DNA of 63,670 bases, filler included, from Olpidium bornovanus S191 (taxonomy: Eukaryota > Fungi > Olpidiomycota): the NCBI GenBank assembly GCA_017911155.1. It is 31 parts of 31 records of this genome, joined end to end, with 100 filler letters (N's around TTAATTAATTAA, not from the genome) between each part and the next. Parts side by side here need not be neighbours in the genome. Positions count along the whole stretch, not along the records: positions 32,255 to 35,135 come from JAEFCI010006027.1; positions 35,236 to 36,418 come from JAEFCI010006370.1; positions 36,519 to 38,465 come from JAEFCI010011526.1; positions 38,566 to 39,669 come from JAEFCI010012555.1; positions 39,770 to 40,991 come from JAEFCI010007934.1; positions 41,092 to 42,777 come from JAEFCI010000898.1; positions 42,878 to 44,518 come from JAEFCI010005747.1; positions 44,619 to 47,100 come from JAEFCI010003242.1; 23 more parts are not named here. The stretch is one strand, 5' to 3'. Under the pieces are notes generated by a model. That model was given only the letters and a program-made list of their open reading frames with translations. It made no database searches and was not told the DNA's origin. The translations under genes were made by a program, and so were the position numbers. This document shows positions 33,943-45,787 of the stretch, piece by piece; position 1 is the stretch's first letter; each line of letters begins with the position of its first letter.

Positions 33943-35235
33943 GTGAGCCTCAAATGGATGGAATGGTCATACGTTCTGCCCAAGGGCCCTTTGTCGCGGT
34001 GATTGTTCACAAATTCCGCGTTCTTTGCGTTCGGGGCAGCCCGAATTGCGGTTACCAGGCAGCAAAGCGGGCGCAAGCCGCCGCGTCCAACTCCAATTCC
34101 GACCGGCAGCGAAGAGCGACGCAATACGCCATCCGACGGAAGGCCCGTCTCGAGAGGAAAGGTGAAACGTCGACGTTTCCGTCTGCGGGAAGCCCCCCCC
34201 CCCCCACCCCGTGTTCGAGTCAAGCTGACGTTATGGTTTGATATTTTTTATTAACGCTCTGCCGCCTGCGGTAAACCCGACTGCTGTGTTCCGCGCGGGA
34301 ACCCTCCCAAAGCTCACGCAGACCCCGGCTGGCAGGCCTCTCGCGACGATCTCGGCGCAGGGCGACGTTTTGTCAACCAACCAGCGCGAGTCCGGCAGTG
34401 CGACTTCGTGAGTGCCCTCCCCGACAAAATGCAACTAAAGATCCTGGCTTCGTTCTACGAGATCGTTTTGACGGATTCACCTCCCGGTTGGCTCCCGTTT
34501 GTCAATGGATTGCCATTTCGGGCTTAACCACGTTTGGTCCCCCCAAACAGGGTTGACGAGATGCGCACCGCGTTTGCTGCCCGCCCAAAGGTGTCGCGCA
34601 CGCCGGTCTCGCGCTCGCGGCCAGCAAGCCAAAGAGAATTCCTTGCGGGGGCCGTCACGTCGAGCTAGCATTTTTTTTTTTTTTTTTTTTTTGGATCCAC
34701 CCGAAACTGTATTCTCGATGTGGAAGGCAGGACGCCGTCGTTTTAAGCGGACCTTAACGCGGTCACAAAATCCTGTCTCCTCGGGAACACAATCCAGCTT
34801 ACGGAGTCCGCCGGGAGCACGGTGGCTCCAAAGCGGGGCCATCTATCAGGGATACCTGCCGACGGCGTCGACGGGAACCGTAGCATATGAGACGTATCTC
34901 GTCGAGCTAGCGGCCCATGGGGCCTCCAAAGCAGTTTCTCCCGCAAAACGCTGCGGCAACGGCAGAACGCGGCGGGATTCGTGTAGGAGTACAAAAAGAG
35001 AAGGTCGCAACGCCCATGATTAAAAATAGAAAAACTGGTCGAGTGCACACGGCTTGGTTGAGATTGTGAATCCCGTACCGGCCACAGGCCCGCTTGGGAA
35101 GAGGGGTGGCAGGGCAAAAAAAGGTTGCCGTGCAANNNNNNNNNNNNNNNNNNNNNNNNNNNNNNNNNNNNNNNNNNNNTTAATTAATTAANNNNNNNNN
35201 NNNNNNNNNNNNNNNNNNNNNNNNNNNNNNNNNNN

Positions 35236-36418
35236 CATGTCGCCGTACTTGTTCTCGTAGTCCGAAAAGAGCTTCCATATAGGCTGCGCATTCTGAGGCG
35301 TGAGCGTCTGCAGCGTCCGCTCGAACAGAGCTCTGGTGTCTGAAACGCCCGGACGCCGCAAAACGGTCAGGACCAGAGCCATGAATCTTGAAGCACGCCC
35401 GCTAACCTCGTGGCATTCGCGGGCGTTTTACTTACTCCCGTCATCGTTGAGGTGTATGAGGTGCTCAAGGTACTGCACGACGTAACTGGGTTCCTGGCCG
35501 AACGTCTTCAGTCCCAGCTCGAACACTCTGCCGGCGACAGCCGGATCTTTGGAATTGTAGTATTCCATTAAAGCTAAGGAGAACAGCAAAAAAACTTTCG
35601 CGTGAGACACCCCCGACCCACCCGCCAAAATTGATCCCGCCCCGCCATCCTCCTCGACAGCATTCCCGGCTTCCGCGGCACCCACCGCTAGCGACGAAGA
35701 CCTGCCAGCCCGTCCCCGGACTCTTCCTGGCCTTCAGGAACACCTCCCGGGCCGCTTTGATTCCGTCGACCCTCCTCGCGAACCGTATGAACATGATCCA
35801 GGCGAGACTAATCGCCTGGGAGGCGCTCTTCAGGATCCCCGCGTTGCGCTTGGAGACCTCCTCCAAACGGCTCTCGAACTCCGTCTGCCGTTGCCGCAGG
35901 CGCTCGCGGACCTCCTCTTCGGTAAGCCGCGCGGCCGCCGCGCCGGCGCGGATGACCGCGTCGTCGTCATCCAGGTCCTCGGCCGGCGCCGCCGGCGCCG
36001 GCGACGCCGAGGTCATCTTCGCCTTCTCCCGCTCCATGTCCTGCCAATGCTCCTCCTCCATCGCCCGCACCACCGCCTCTAACCGCGCTTTCGTTTTCGC
36101 GTGCTCCGCGGTCACGGCTGAGACGAGGGCCCTGTACGCGGCGCGGGCGCGGTCGTGCTGCTTGCGGCCCTCCTCCAGCTCAGTGTACGTCAGGGTCAAC
36201 AGGAAACTGATGGAGAACGCGCGCGCAAAAGTCAGAACGTGTGCATCCCAACCGCGAAACTTTCCAGAAAGAGCGCATACCTCGTCGACATCACCTCAGT
36301 GCCCATTTTCAGCAGGTTCGCGGCATCGTCAACCTTGCCCAGGTGGAGCCAGTAGTCTGCGGCGTCGTACCTTGTGCGGAGGCCAAACGGACCAGCGTCA
36401 GAAACCACGGCACCATGA
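35236..36418 (-). CDS. RNA14: CstF-77/Rna14 HAT-repeat mRNA 3'-end processing factor (fragment)
   Basis: SLAWIMFIRFARRVDGIKAAREVFLKARK, ALMEYYNSKDPAVAGRVFELGLKTF, YLEHLIHLNDD, TRALFERTL, IWKLFSDYENKYGD. Confidence 0.93.
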
Positions 36419-36518
36419 NNNNNNNNNNNNNNNNNNNNNNNNNNNNNNNNNNNNNNNNNNNNTTAATTAATTAANNNNNNNNNNNNNNNNNNNNNNNNNN
36501 NNNNNNNNNNNNNNNNNN

Positions 36519-38428
36519 CATGAGACGTTCACCGGCCTGCAGGAGCGTCTCCTCCTTCTTGCAGAAGGCGAACCGGGCGTACGAAGCCGCAAGGTGCGCG
36601 TTGGTCGACGAATAAAACTCGCTCGGCGGGATCGCGGTGACGCCGATCTCCTGCCGCGGTCGATCGCCCGACGCAAGATTGATATTGAGTTTGCGCGCCG
36701 CCAATCAGCGACCGCACAAATCGCCAAAACGAAACCAGGAAACCCGCTGCGAACAGCAGGTCAGATGGACAACTCACCTTGGTGAGCCAGTAGCAGACCT
36801 TGTAGTCTTCGCCGCGCTCTGCCACCACCTCGGGGAAAGGGTAACCATGCGGAACTTTTATTCGGCTTGTGTTCACCTGCCGTGATGCGGACACAGCCAG
36901 GAATGATGAAGCAGATCCGGCCGCATGGGGTCAGCCGTGGTTTTCACCTCCGCGTCCGCTACTGCCTTCGTCATCCAACGGACCCGCAGGGCATAAGAGA
37001 GCAAAAAGAAAGGGAAGAACACACGGCGCGCATCCGGGACGAGGAATATTGTGCGTTTCGGTAGGGGTGGGAGGGCGAGAATTCAAATCTGCCTTACCAG
37101 GACAAAGTACGAGCCGTCAGGCACAGTGTATTTGAGCCCGACCCGGTCGAGCGCTCGAAGGAACAACTCTCGCCGGTGCGTGTACTCCTTCGCCTGCTTG
37201 TCGAAGTACTCCGTGGCCACGGCCTCCTCCAATGAAATCGCAACGGCCTCCTGCACCGTTTTCCGATTTTTTTTTTCAGGTTCGCTTCAGCGACTACAGA
37301 TAAGAAAACTCTCGAGGGTGCTGCACCCAATTTTTCACCTGGGACGGCGAGTTGACCGCGAACACGATCCTGGATGAAGCTCGCGTTAGAACAACCTAAA
37401 CACAAAAAAATTGAAGCGCGGTCGTCTGCCCCCCCCCCCTCCTCCCCGCCCCTTCTTCCCGCCCGACGTTGCGCGAGGACTTCCCGCACCTGGTATGAGC
37501 CGCCAAAGCGTGGGACAGTAGAGCCGTGGGGCCTATGATCCAGCTGCACGAAAAGGCGCATCAGGGGCAGATCCGACTGCCCGTGATTTTTTAAGGCTTT
37601 GCAAAGTAATACAACGGAAACACACCCGACTCGCCAGCCCGTCACGCCGAGCGACTTGCCCCTGGCGGCCGTCGGTCAGAATTCGTCGCGGCCGTCGGGG
37701 GTCGAAACGGAGCAGGCATTACATCAGCAGCCGAGCTTACCCACTGCCCACCGTTATTGTCCGTTCCCACATTCCCGGCACGGAAGCGAGGTGAAGGTGT
37801 TTGTGAGGCTTAAATACCAGCTTGTCGTACTGAGGATTTGCGGCCGGAGAAGAAGAGGTTAGATAAAAAAAAAACGAACATCGTAAAACGTTTCGCGACG
37901 ACAGGCAGAGCACGCACAACTTCGTCGCTGATCACGAGAAGGTCGTTCTCCATCGCGACGCTCGCAATTTCACGCAATTCCGCGTCTGACATGACCTTTC
38001 CGACAGGGTTGTGTGGCGTATTCAATATCATGACGCGCGTGCGCGGCGTGATCTTCGACCTCAGCTCGTCCATGTGGATCACCCAATCCGCGGAGGACAT
38101 GATCTCGCTGGCGTCCACGCCCGGTCGCACGCGAAGAGGGCAGAACACGGGGACACCGCTGGCGTGCGACCCGAGCATAACGAGTCAAGACATTCGGAAA
38201 CCTCAGTGAAATAGTTGCATGATGTCCTCCCGTAGGACGCACCCATTCATGGTTATGTTAGACTATATAGCGGAAACCGCGGTTATCATGAGAGGACATA
38301 TGCGCGTTGGTATGTCAAAAAGAATCGTGATTTGCAAAGCCGTACATGATACTGGTCAAAATATGGTTCAAACAGGATGACCTCGTCGCCGGGGTCAACA
38401 TACGCGGAGAGAACCGAGAGAATACCTA
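36519..38428 (-). CDS. BNA3: Kynurenine aminotransferase, class I PLP enzyme (fragment, many exons)
   Basis: AYVDPGDEVILFEPYFDQY, SNITMNGGVPV, ILNTPHNPVGKV, LLVISDEV-YDKLVF, MWERTITVGS, GWRVG, PDGSYFVL, EIGVTAIPPSEFY, ARFAFCK. Confidence 0.92.
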
Positions 38429-38565
38429 ACCGTGCAAAATCATAACCCTGAGTTTAGCGGCACGCNNNNNNNNNNNNNNNNNNNNNNNNNNNNNNNNNNN
38501 NNNNNNNNNTTAATTAATTAANNNNNNNNNNNNNNNNNNNNNNNNNNNNNNNNNNNNNNNNNNNN

Positions 38566-39422
38566 CATGAGATACAACTCGCAGAGGACCCTCCTGACGT
38601 GCTTCCGTCGGCACTGCGGCCCTGGTCGCCCGTCCGGACGAGACCAAACGCAAAATCGCCAGGAAGACGGCAAAAGATGCGCCGAAAATTTAAGCGACAG
38701 ACGCTGACCGGAACCAGCGGGGAAAGGGCTTCCCCTCCCCCCCGCCCCTTCCCCCTTGTTGCGGAGCACCGAATCATTTCGGAAAGATCCCCGGAGAAAA
38801 AGCTTACCCAGCTTACAGAACCCGCGGTTGTACCACGGGCACTCCCGCGTCCTGCTGTCCGGGTCGACGTGGAGATACAGGCACTCGTCGCCGTTGCTGC
38901 ACTCGCCGTACTTCGTGTAGAACCAGCACTCCGGCATCTTTTTCAGGTTGTACTGGTGCAGGAACTCGCAGAGGTCGCCCTTCTTGCACAACCCGCGCAG
39001 CCAGTGCTTGCAGACGACGGACCGGTCGAGGCGCGAGTGCTTGTACGGGCAGCCCGCGCCGCGGGCGCAGCTGGCCTTCAGGTAGAACTTGCATACCCCG
39101 TTCTCCGCTGGCAAAAAGTCCGCGCCGCCACCAAACCCCAGCCACCCCACACCCGCGGGAGCGACGTTGGAAAAACGGGTGGCGTTCAGGACGGGGAGCT
39201 CCCCGCGAAAAACACCCCGGGCGGGGGACGACAGGGACGTGCGCGCGCGGCAGGCGGCGCCGGCCGCCGCCCTGGATCCTTACTCCACTTCTTGTTCTCG
39301 CCCTTCAGGTCCACCCCGAGTTGGTTCTGCACGTAGTCCTCGAAGTCGAAATACAGCGTCGGCTCCGGCGACCCCCACGTGGACTCCGCCACCGCCACCG
39401 CCGGGGGAAGGGCCGACGGCAT
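38566..39422 (-). CDS. YTH1: CPSF30/Yth1 CCCH zinc-finger protein (3' truncated)
   Basis: LYFDFEDYV, VCKHWLRGLCKKGDLCEFLHQYNLKKMPECWFYTKYGECSNGDECLYLHVDP, ECPWYNRGFCKLGPQC. Confidence 0.95.
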
Positions 39423-39594
39423 CCTGCTCTCGCGAGCCACGCCAATCCGGACCCGAAACCGCTTTGCAGGCCTTCTCGTTTCGCTTTGCTCCCTCGGCCT
39501 TCTCCTTCCGAGCAGAGAGATGTCGCGGCGTTTCGGCGTTCTTTTTTTTTTTTTTTTTTTTGTTCCTTTCCCCTCCGTGGTTAGCTGGGCGCCC

Positions 39595-39637
<43 letters not shown>

Positions 39638-39769
39638 CCCCCCCCCCCCCGCCTCCCCCCCCCCTCTCCNNNNNNNNNNNNNNNNNNNNNNNNNNNNNNN
39701 NNNNNNNNNNNNNTTAATTAATTAANNNNNNNNNNNNNNNNNNNNNNNNNNNNNNNNNNNNNNNNNNNN

Positions 39770-40770
39770 AAAAACACGAACCGCCCGTCGTTACATGGTA
39801 GCAACGCCCGTCTCTATCTAGGGCAACCCGCCGTCCGCTGCCCTCCGCCGTCCGCCGTCCGCCGTCTGCCCTCCGCCGTCTGCCGTCCGCCATCCGCCGT
39901 CTGCCGTCCGCCATCCGCCGTTCCCCGCCGCTGCGCTCCGCCGCCGCCGCGTTTACCGCCGCCGCGTCTACCGCCGCTTTCCGTCACCGCCGCCGTCGCC
40001 GCCATCACCGCCGCCGTCGCCGCCACCCGCTTCGCCGCTCCGCTTCGCCGCGTCGTCCTCCGTACCGAACCGCCATCTGGCCTCCGTCCGCTCCGAACCG
40101 CCATCCGTCGCCACGTAACCGCCATCCGTCGCCACCCGCTCCGCCGCTTCGCTTTGCCGCCAAGTCTCTTCTCCTGACACCAACCTCATGGCCGAGCAAG
40201 CCTTCCAACAGCTCCTTAACCGCATGGCTGCCCTCGAGACTCGCAGCGCAGTGCTCGAACAGCAAAACCAGACACTTCAGCAACAAAACCGCTCCTTGGT
40301 CGCCCTCGCCCAGAATGCGCAAGTGACTGCTGACGCCGTCAATCGCCTGGCGGAGCTAGCCGCTTCTGTCAACTCACCGCGTCTGGCGTCTAACACTTCC
40401 GCGACTGTAAAGGTCCAGACGCCGGAAAAGTACAACGGGACGCGTTCGGGGAGCAAGATCCAGGCATGGATCTTCGCAGCCCGGACCTTCGTCGAGCTCC
40501 GTTACCCGGATAATGCGTGCCAACAGGTCCTGGCCGCCGGACTCCTTCTCTCCGACTCCGCTGCCACTTGGTTTCGCCATCAGGAGACCACCACACCTTT
40601 TTTCCACCTTCCAGGACTTTACCGACCGTCTTTCTGCCGAGTTTTTACCGGCAAACTACACATCAACACTCCGCGAACAGTTAGCCGCCTGCAAGCAGAC
40701 TGGTTCAGTCTCTGACTATGCGGCCAAGTTCCGTGACATCCTGCTACAGATCACACCGCGAAAACTTCCC
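39770..40770 (+). mobile_element. Ty3/gypsy retrotransposon 5' part: LTR end, PBS, repetitive leader and gag
   Basis: ...GTTACA is followed by TGGTAGCA (39796-39803). CCGCCGTC-type leader repeats occupy 39830-40160. Gag from 40188 reads VKVQTPEKYNG...AATWF and continues in the +1 frame past a T6 run as STFQDFTDRLSAEF..LAACKQTGSVSDYAAKFRDI. Confidence 0.82.
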
Positions 40771-41152
40771 GGGATCGAGAGTGTGCAACATCAAGAAGTT
40801 TAGCGAGTCCGTCAAACGTCAAGATCTGGAGGTGACGCACGAGGGCTTGAACGGGTTCGTGCGGGGCATCGTCCTCGGCAAGAAACTTGCGTGAGATTGA
40901 AAAGTTTGCCGTACCCGGATACGAGAGGATGATGGCAAAGGTTTCACTCGCCGTCGGCGGGCACTCGAAAACTTAAAAAAGGATGTCATGCNNNNNNNNN
41001 NNNNNNNNNNNNNNNNNNNNNNNNNNNNNNNNNNNTTAATTAATTAANNNNNNNNNNNNNNNNNNNNNNNNNNNNNNNNNNNNNNNNNNNNAAAAAGGAA
41101 GGGGTGGGTTGGTCTCCGGGGTGAGAGAGCGCTTGTCTTTTTCCTTCTTTTT

Positions 41153-41214
<62 letters not shown>

Positions 41215-41710
41215 CCTTTTTTTTTCCCTTTTTTTTTTTTTTTTTTGCCCCTCCCCCTTTTCTCCCGGCTGTGCAAAAATCCAGGGCGGAAAAACGGGGA
41301 AGAACGCAAGGGGGGCGCACCCGCTACTACCCTGGACCGTCGCCGCGGGAAACCTCGTTGAGAGCCCGCGCGGTGAGCCTCGCGCCGCGTGAAACGGAAA
41401 CGTCGTCGCCTGTCACCTGCGGCCGCGAAGCGCCCGGCCGACGGAGGCGTCAACCGGCAGCGGTTTGCGCGTCCGTTCTCGTGTTCCGCGGGCCGGGACG
41501 TTTCTTTCGCCGTGTTGCGCCCGCGCGCTGACGTGCTTTGCCGCGCTTGCCCATACAGCAACGGGGACCCCCTTATATTCCCTGCACGCCCGGCGGCCGT
41601 AACTTGGACTTTCTCGTGACCACGCCCCGCGGGGAAGCAAAACACGGTCTTGCGGTTTGCGAGCAAAGCTGATTCGAGCCGAGCCCGCCGGCGTGCGCGC
41701 GACGAACATC

Positions 41711-42777
41711 ATGAAGTTCGACCCGAGCACGTTGCAGGCTTTGAAGGATTTCGTCATAGACCTTTTGCGGAGCTGTCCTGGAAACTCCGCCGACGAGGAC
41801 ATCCTCGCGGACTACGTCATCGCGCTGCTGAAGTACGAGAAATCTACGTCCGAACTCAGACAGCTGTGCGAGACGCAGTTGGAGGATTTTTTGAAGGAGG
41901 GTGAGTTGAAACTTTTGCTTTCTTCGGGGAGGGGGGTGTGTGGAGGGAAGGAGGATTGCACGCGGTTCCTCGGCCGAGTTTGTTTTGGGAAAAGTACGAC
42001 TGTCGCAAAAACCCGGTTGAGTGGTCGGGTAGGTGAGATGCGTGCACCGCTGAGAAATGAATTCAAAAAGCTGAGCGCATGGCATGAACGAACGGAAACC
42101 CCGGAGTTGGTTTGGGGAGCCAGAATTGGAGAATATGAAAATGAGCGAAGGCAATGGGATAGATCACCTGGCTCGGTGCCTTCCGCGTCTTGTCACGCGC
42201 AACCGCCGCGTCTGCCACTGCCGGCCATCCACATGCGCGAAGCCCGATTAGCTATTCTGCTGCACACTTTTGATGTTCTGCGTACCTTTCGTCTGACATT
42301 AACACGGATTTAAGCATTGTTGCTAATTATATGTTGACTTCGCCGTATTGCTCAAAGAAACCTTACCGTTTGTCTCCAAACTATTCAAGTCGCTGACGAG
42401 CAAGGACTATTTGCAACCGCGAACGCGAAATTCCCTGCCACAGGAAGACCGAAGACAATCTCAAGCTCCGGAGCATCGTGATGAGCGTCCCGTAGAAGAT
42501 CACAAAGAGGAACGTGCGGTTTCTCGCGATGATCTGGGCGATTACCCAGCGGAGCCGTTTGCAGAAAAGGTCGACGTGCCGTCCGAGGACCGTGAGTACA
42601 AACCGGATGCCGCAGTCGACCGCCGTGGCGAGCAGCAGGACCGGAAGGCCCAGAAACGGTACCGGCCCGAGGATCCCACTCCGGAAGAGAACGTGCGAGC
42701 TAATAAGGCCCCAAGGCCTGTTGGATCATCGTCGACTACGTTCGCGCAGATAGCGCCGCCTTCTCGTCCATTGCATG
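41711..42777 (+). CDS. RBM26/27-like RNA-binding protein, N-terminal PWI domain (3' truncated)
   Basis: ALKDFVIDLL...ADEDILADYVIALLKYEKSTSELRQLCETQLEDFLKE / ETLPFVSKLFKSLTSKDYL followed by an R/D/E-rich region. Confidence 0.85.
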
Positions 42778-43784
42778 NNNNNNNNNNNNNNNNNNNNNNN
42801 NNNNNNNNNNNNNNNNNNNNNTTAATTAATTAANNNNNNNNNNNNNNNNNNNNNNNNNNNNNNNNNNNNNNNNNNNNGCAGCTCAATTGCAACTTGTGAG
42901 ATTTTCGGCCCCGCAATTAGTTTCCGATTAGATACGCAAACGCGCGACTTTCTCGCGTAATTATATCAGAGTCCAACTAAATTGGTCTCAGAATCATGAT
43001 TTCCGCGAGTTGGCGCCAAAGGGTTAGGGTTAGGGTTGGGCTTGGTAATAAACTTTACCGCCGCTACACCTTTGCTCATCTGCTACACCGTCCACATCCT
43101 CATTGTCAACAGCAGGCCCTTTTTCTAAATATTGTCCTCAAAATCTTCCACCTTTCCCCGTCTCGCATCTGCGTGCCGACCACTTCATCCTATACCAAAG
43201 CAACCGAAGCGCCGCCAATCCCATTCATATCACAACAAAATCCTGGGGGCACAAATAAATGGCAAAATTACCGTCCTTGGAGGACTTCTTCTTACCTGGA
43301 TGCGCCAAACGTAGCTAGTTTCGCATGCAGAAACCGTTGCCTTGGAAGCAGCACGTGGCGAAGGTTGGCAAACTTCCCCTTTTTTTGTCCCGTAAAAAAC
43401 CCTCAATCCGTGGAAGAGGGAAAAGCGTAGACCACACCGCAGACCTTTCCTTAAATCGTTGTTCATGGTCAGCAGATTGCGCGACTGCCTCATGAACCGC
43501 CTTGTGTATCGACACCGAGAAAACCTCTGCCGCGAACACCCATCGTCCTGCAGGCTCAAACTGTGTGGCCGACGAGTTCTCGTGAACAAGCGGATGGGCC
43601 GCCGGTGTACACATGATTAGGCGACGGGAAGGGGGGGGGGGGACAGGCGACTGACCGTCCCCGCACGCGCGGCGCAGGTTCGCGGAAAAACAGAGAGGAT
43701 GCGTGCCAACCCGCGAGCGGGCTTGTCTCCTCCCCGCGATATTTTCGACATCATCCTCGTTGCAGTTGTTGTTCGCTGTTGTCG

Positions 43785-43925
43785 TCGTCGTCGTCCGCGT
43801 TGTAGTCCGCGTTGTCGTCCGCATTGTCGCCCGCGTTGTCGCCCGCGTTGTCGCCCGCGTTGTCGGCCGCTTTGTCGCCCGCGTTGTCGCCCGCGTCGTC
43901 GCCCGCGTTGTCGTCCGCGTTTGCG
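43785..43925. repeat. 12-bp tandem repeat (GTTGTCGCCCGC)n
   Basis: About 11 degenerate units. On the minus strand they read (DNAG)n or (RQRG)n; the coding frame is unresolved. Confidence 0.9.
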
Positions 43926-44627
43926 TCGTTTGACGGCGTCGTCATCGTCGCGTTCACCGCCGGCAACCTCCTCAACCCTCCCCCCCTCCCCCCCACTGCG
44001 TCACGCGCTCGGCGTCGCAGCCGTCTCATCACCTGCGTCAGCGTCATCGCTGCCGGCGGCTGCCTCCCGGCTACGGCGCCAATTCTGCGGAAATCTGCCT
44101 GCTTGGACCTGATGGTTTTCTTATTCAGCTGATCAAACAGCAGGCGCCCCATTCAGCACGGAGCGGCCGTTTAGGGCCTTCCCCTGACCGCGCCTTGCCC
44201 TAAGCTCCCCGGTTCGTGCCAACCGTGAAGAAGTTTCGCCTCAACAGCAGTGGTTACGTTGTGATGACAGATTATTTTACACTTACCTCCGCGACGGCGC
44301 GGACGATGTGGACGCCGGCTCAGTCAGGATCGAGACACCGTCGTTTTGCGGCATCCTTGGCGGCTGCGTCACCATCACAAGGGCCGCTTCGACGCCGGCA
44401 TGGGTTCCGCGAAATAAGATCCCCTTTACGTCCCGTACTTTATTTGTTTTGCCCTCGTTTCAGACAAAACCCGTCGTCGGAATGGGGTCCCGCCCCCGTC
44501 CCTCCCTGACCACGCGCANNNNNNNNNNNNNNNNNNNNNNNNNNNNNNNNNNNNNNNNNNNNTTAATTAATTAANNNNNNNNNNNNNNNNNNNNNNNNNN
44601 NNNNNNNNNNNNNNNNNNCATGAAAAA

Positions 44628-44701
44628 TGGGCCAACTGAGGGTCAAACTCGGGACCTTCTCTTTCCCGGAGGGACGCTCTAACCAACTGAGCTATCTGCC
44701 C
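44628..44701 (-). tRNA. tRNA-like element, copy 1 (anticodon position GGG; probably pseudo-tRNA or SINE-like)
   Basis: GGGCAGA TA GCTC AGTTGGTTA GAGC G TCCCT CCGGGAA AGAGA AGGTC CCGAG TTTGACC CTCAG TTGGCCC A followed by TTTTT. A box, B box and cloverleaf are present, with stem mismatches. Confidence 0.65.
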
Positions 44702-45004
44702 TATTCACCAAGTGTCTGGCTCGCCCTGTGAAGCCATTCCAAAACCCCCCCTTGAGCCAGGCACCTCAGGCACTGCTGTCAACGGGTGTGCTGTAGCCAA
44801 ACGCGTATCTCCTACTCCCCGCTTCCCCCCTCCCCCCCCCCCCCCTCTTTCCTGTACTCCCGTACCCGTACCTGTACCCGTACCTGTACCTCACATAACG
44901 CGTAAAAAGACCTTCCACAATACAACGGGGCTCAGCCACCCATGCAAACACATACGGAGGGACGAAGTCACGATTGAGCTCATAACCTGTTTGCACATCA
45001 AAAG

Positions 45005-45079
45005 TGGGCCGACTGAAGGTCGAACTTGGGACCTTCCCTTTCCCAGGGGGGACACTCTAACCAACTGAGCTATCTGTCC
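45005..45079 (-). tRNA. tRNA-like element, copy 2 (anticodon position GGG)
   Basis: GGACAGA TAGCTCAGTTGGTTAGAGTG TCCCCCC TGGGAA AGGGA AGGTC CCAAG TTCGACC TTCAG TCGGCCC A followed by CTTTT. It shares about 45 nt of 5' flank with copy 1. Confidence 0.65.
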
Positions 45080-45675
45080 TATTCACCAGGTGACTGGCTC
45101 GCCCTGCAAAGCCATTCCAACAATTAATACTTGGATTACCGAGGTGCAATTCACAATGCACAATATCCTCCACTATTGGCGGGCCGAGGTGAAACAAAAG
45201 GACGCATGAGCCTTTTTTTCCCGTGCCATTCGTTAATACCTCTTTCTATGAGGAGCTGCTTCAAAAATCCGCCCGCCGTTTCTCGCGTGCCCATGGACGA
45301 CTGCTATCATAGTACTCCGATACAGTGTGGCTACCACCGCCCTTCTGCACGGTTAGCCATCATCTTTGCGTCATTTCATCCGAGAGAGCCGGCAGAATGG
45401 CCATCGCTGTGACACTGCACTGTGCCGATGCACCATCGACTAACACCATCTTCATTCGTGCGCGCCCCTTCAAGGAGGGGTACACCGGCGCCCCTTTCGC
45501 TCGACGGGAACTCATCGGTCTCACGGTTTGAACCTGCCGGCCCATGGAGGATCGTTTTGCAGAGGTTTATTTCTGCGAAGGCTGCACGTCATGCTATTTC
45601 TGCATTGGTTCATTCGTTTGCGCCCCCACCCCAGTGCTCAGCACACTGGCTTGTGCTGACAGGGCGCCTCCGTCG

Positions 45676-45787
45676 ATTCACCGCCAGCCCCCTGGGGATC
45701 AGGGCCATTCGCAGGAGGAAAGATTTTGCTGATTCACCGCCAGTCCCCTGGGGATCAGGGCCATTCGCAAGAGAAAAGATTTTGCTG
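45676..45787. repeat. 56-bp tandem duplication
   Basis: ATTCACCGCCAG.CCCCTGGGGATCAGGGCCATTCGCA..AG.AAAGATTTTGCTG twice. Confidence 0.9.

Noticed and set aside
35236-39422. Apparent cluster of mRNA 3'-processing genes (RNA14, YTH1)
   Set aside because: They lie on different contigs separated by artificial spacers, so there is no evidence of linkage.
40590-40610. T TTT TTC as a programmed -1 frameshift in gag
   Set aside because: The gag similarity continues in the +1 frame, not the -1 frame. A one-base homopolymer error or mutation explains it.
44851-44890. (GTACCC/GTACCT)n as a second hAT end
   Set aside because: It is a simple hexamer microsatellite with no TIR or transposase sequence nearby.
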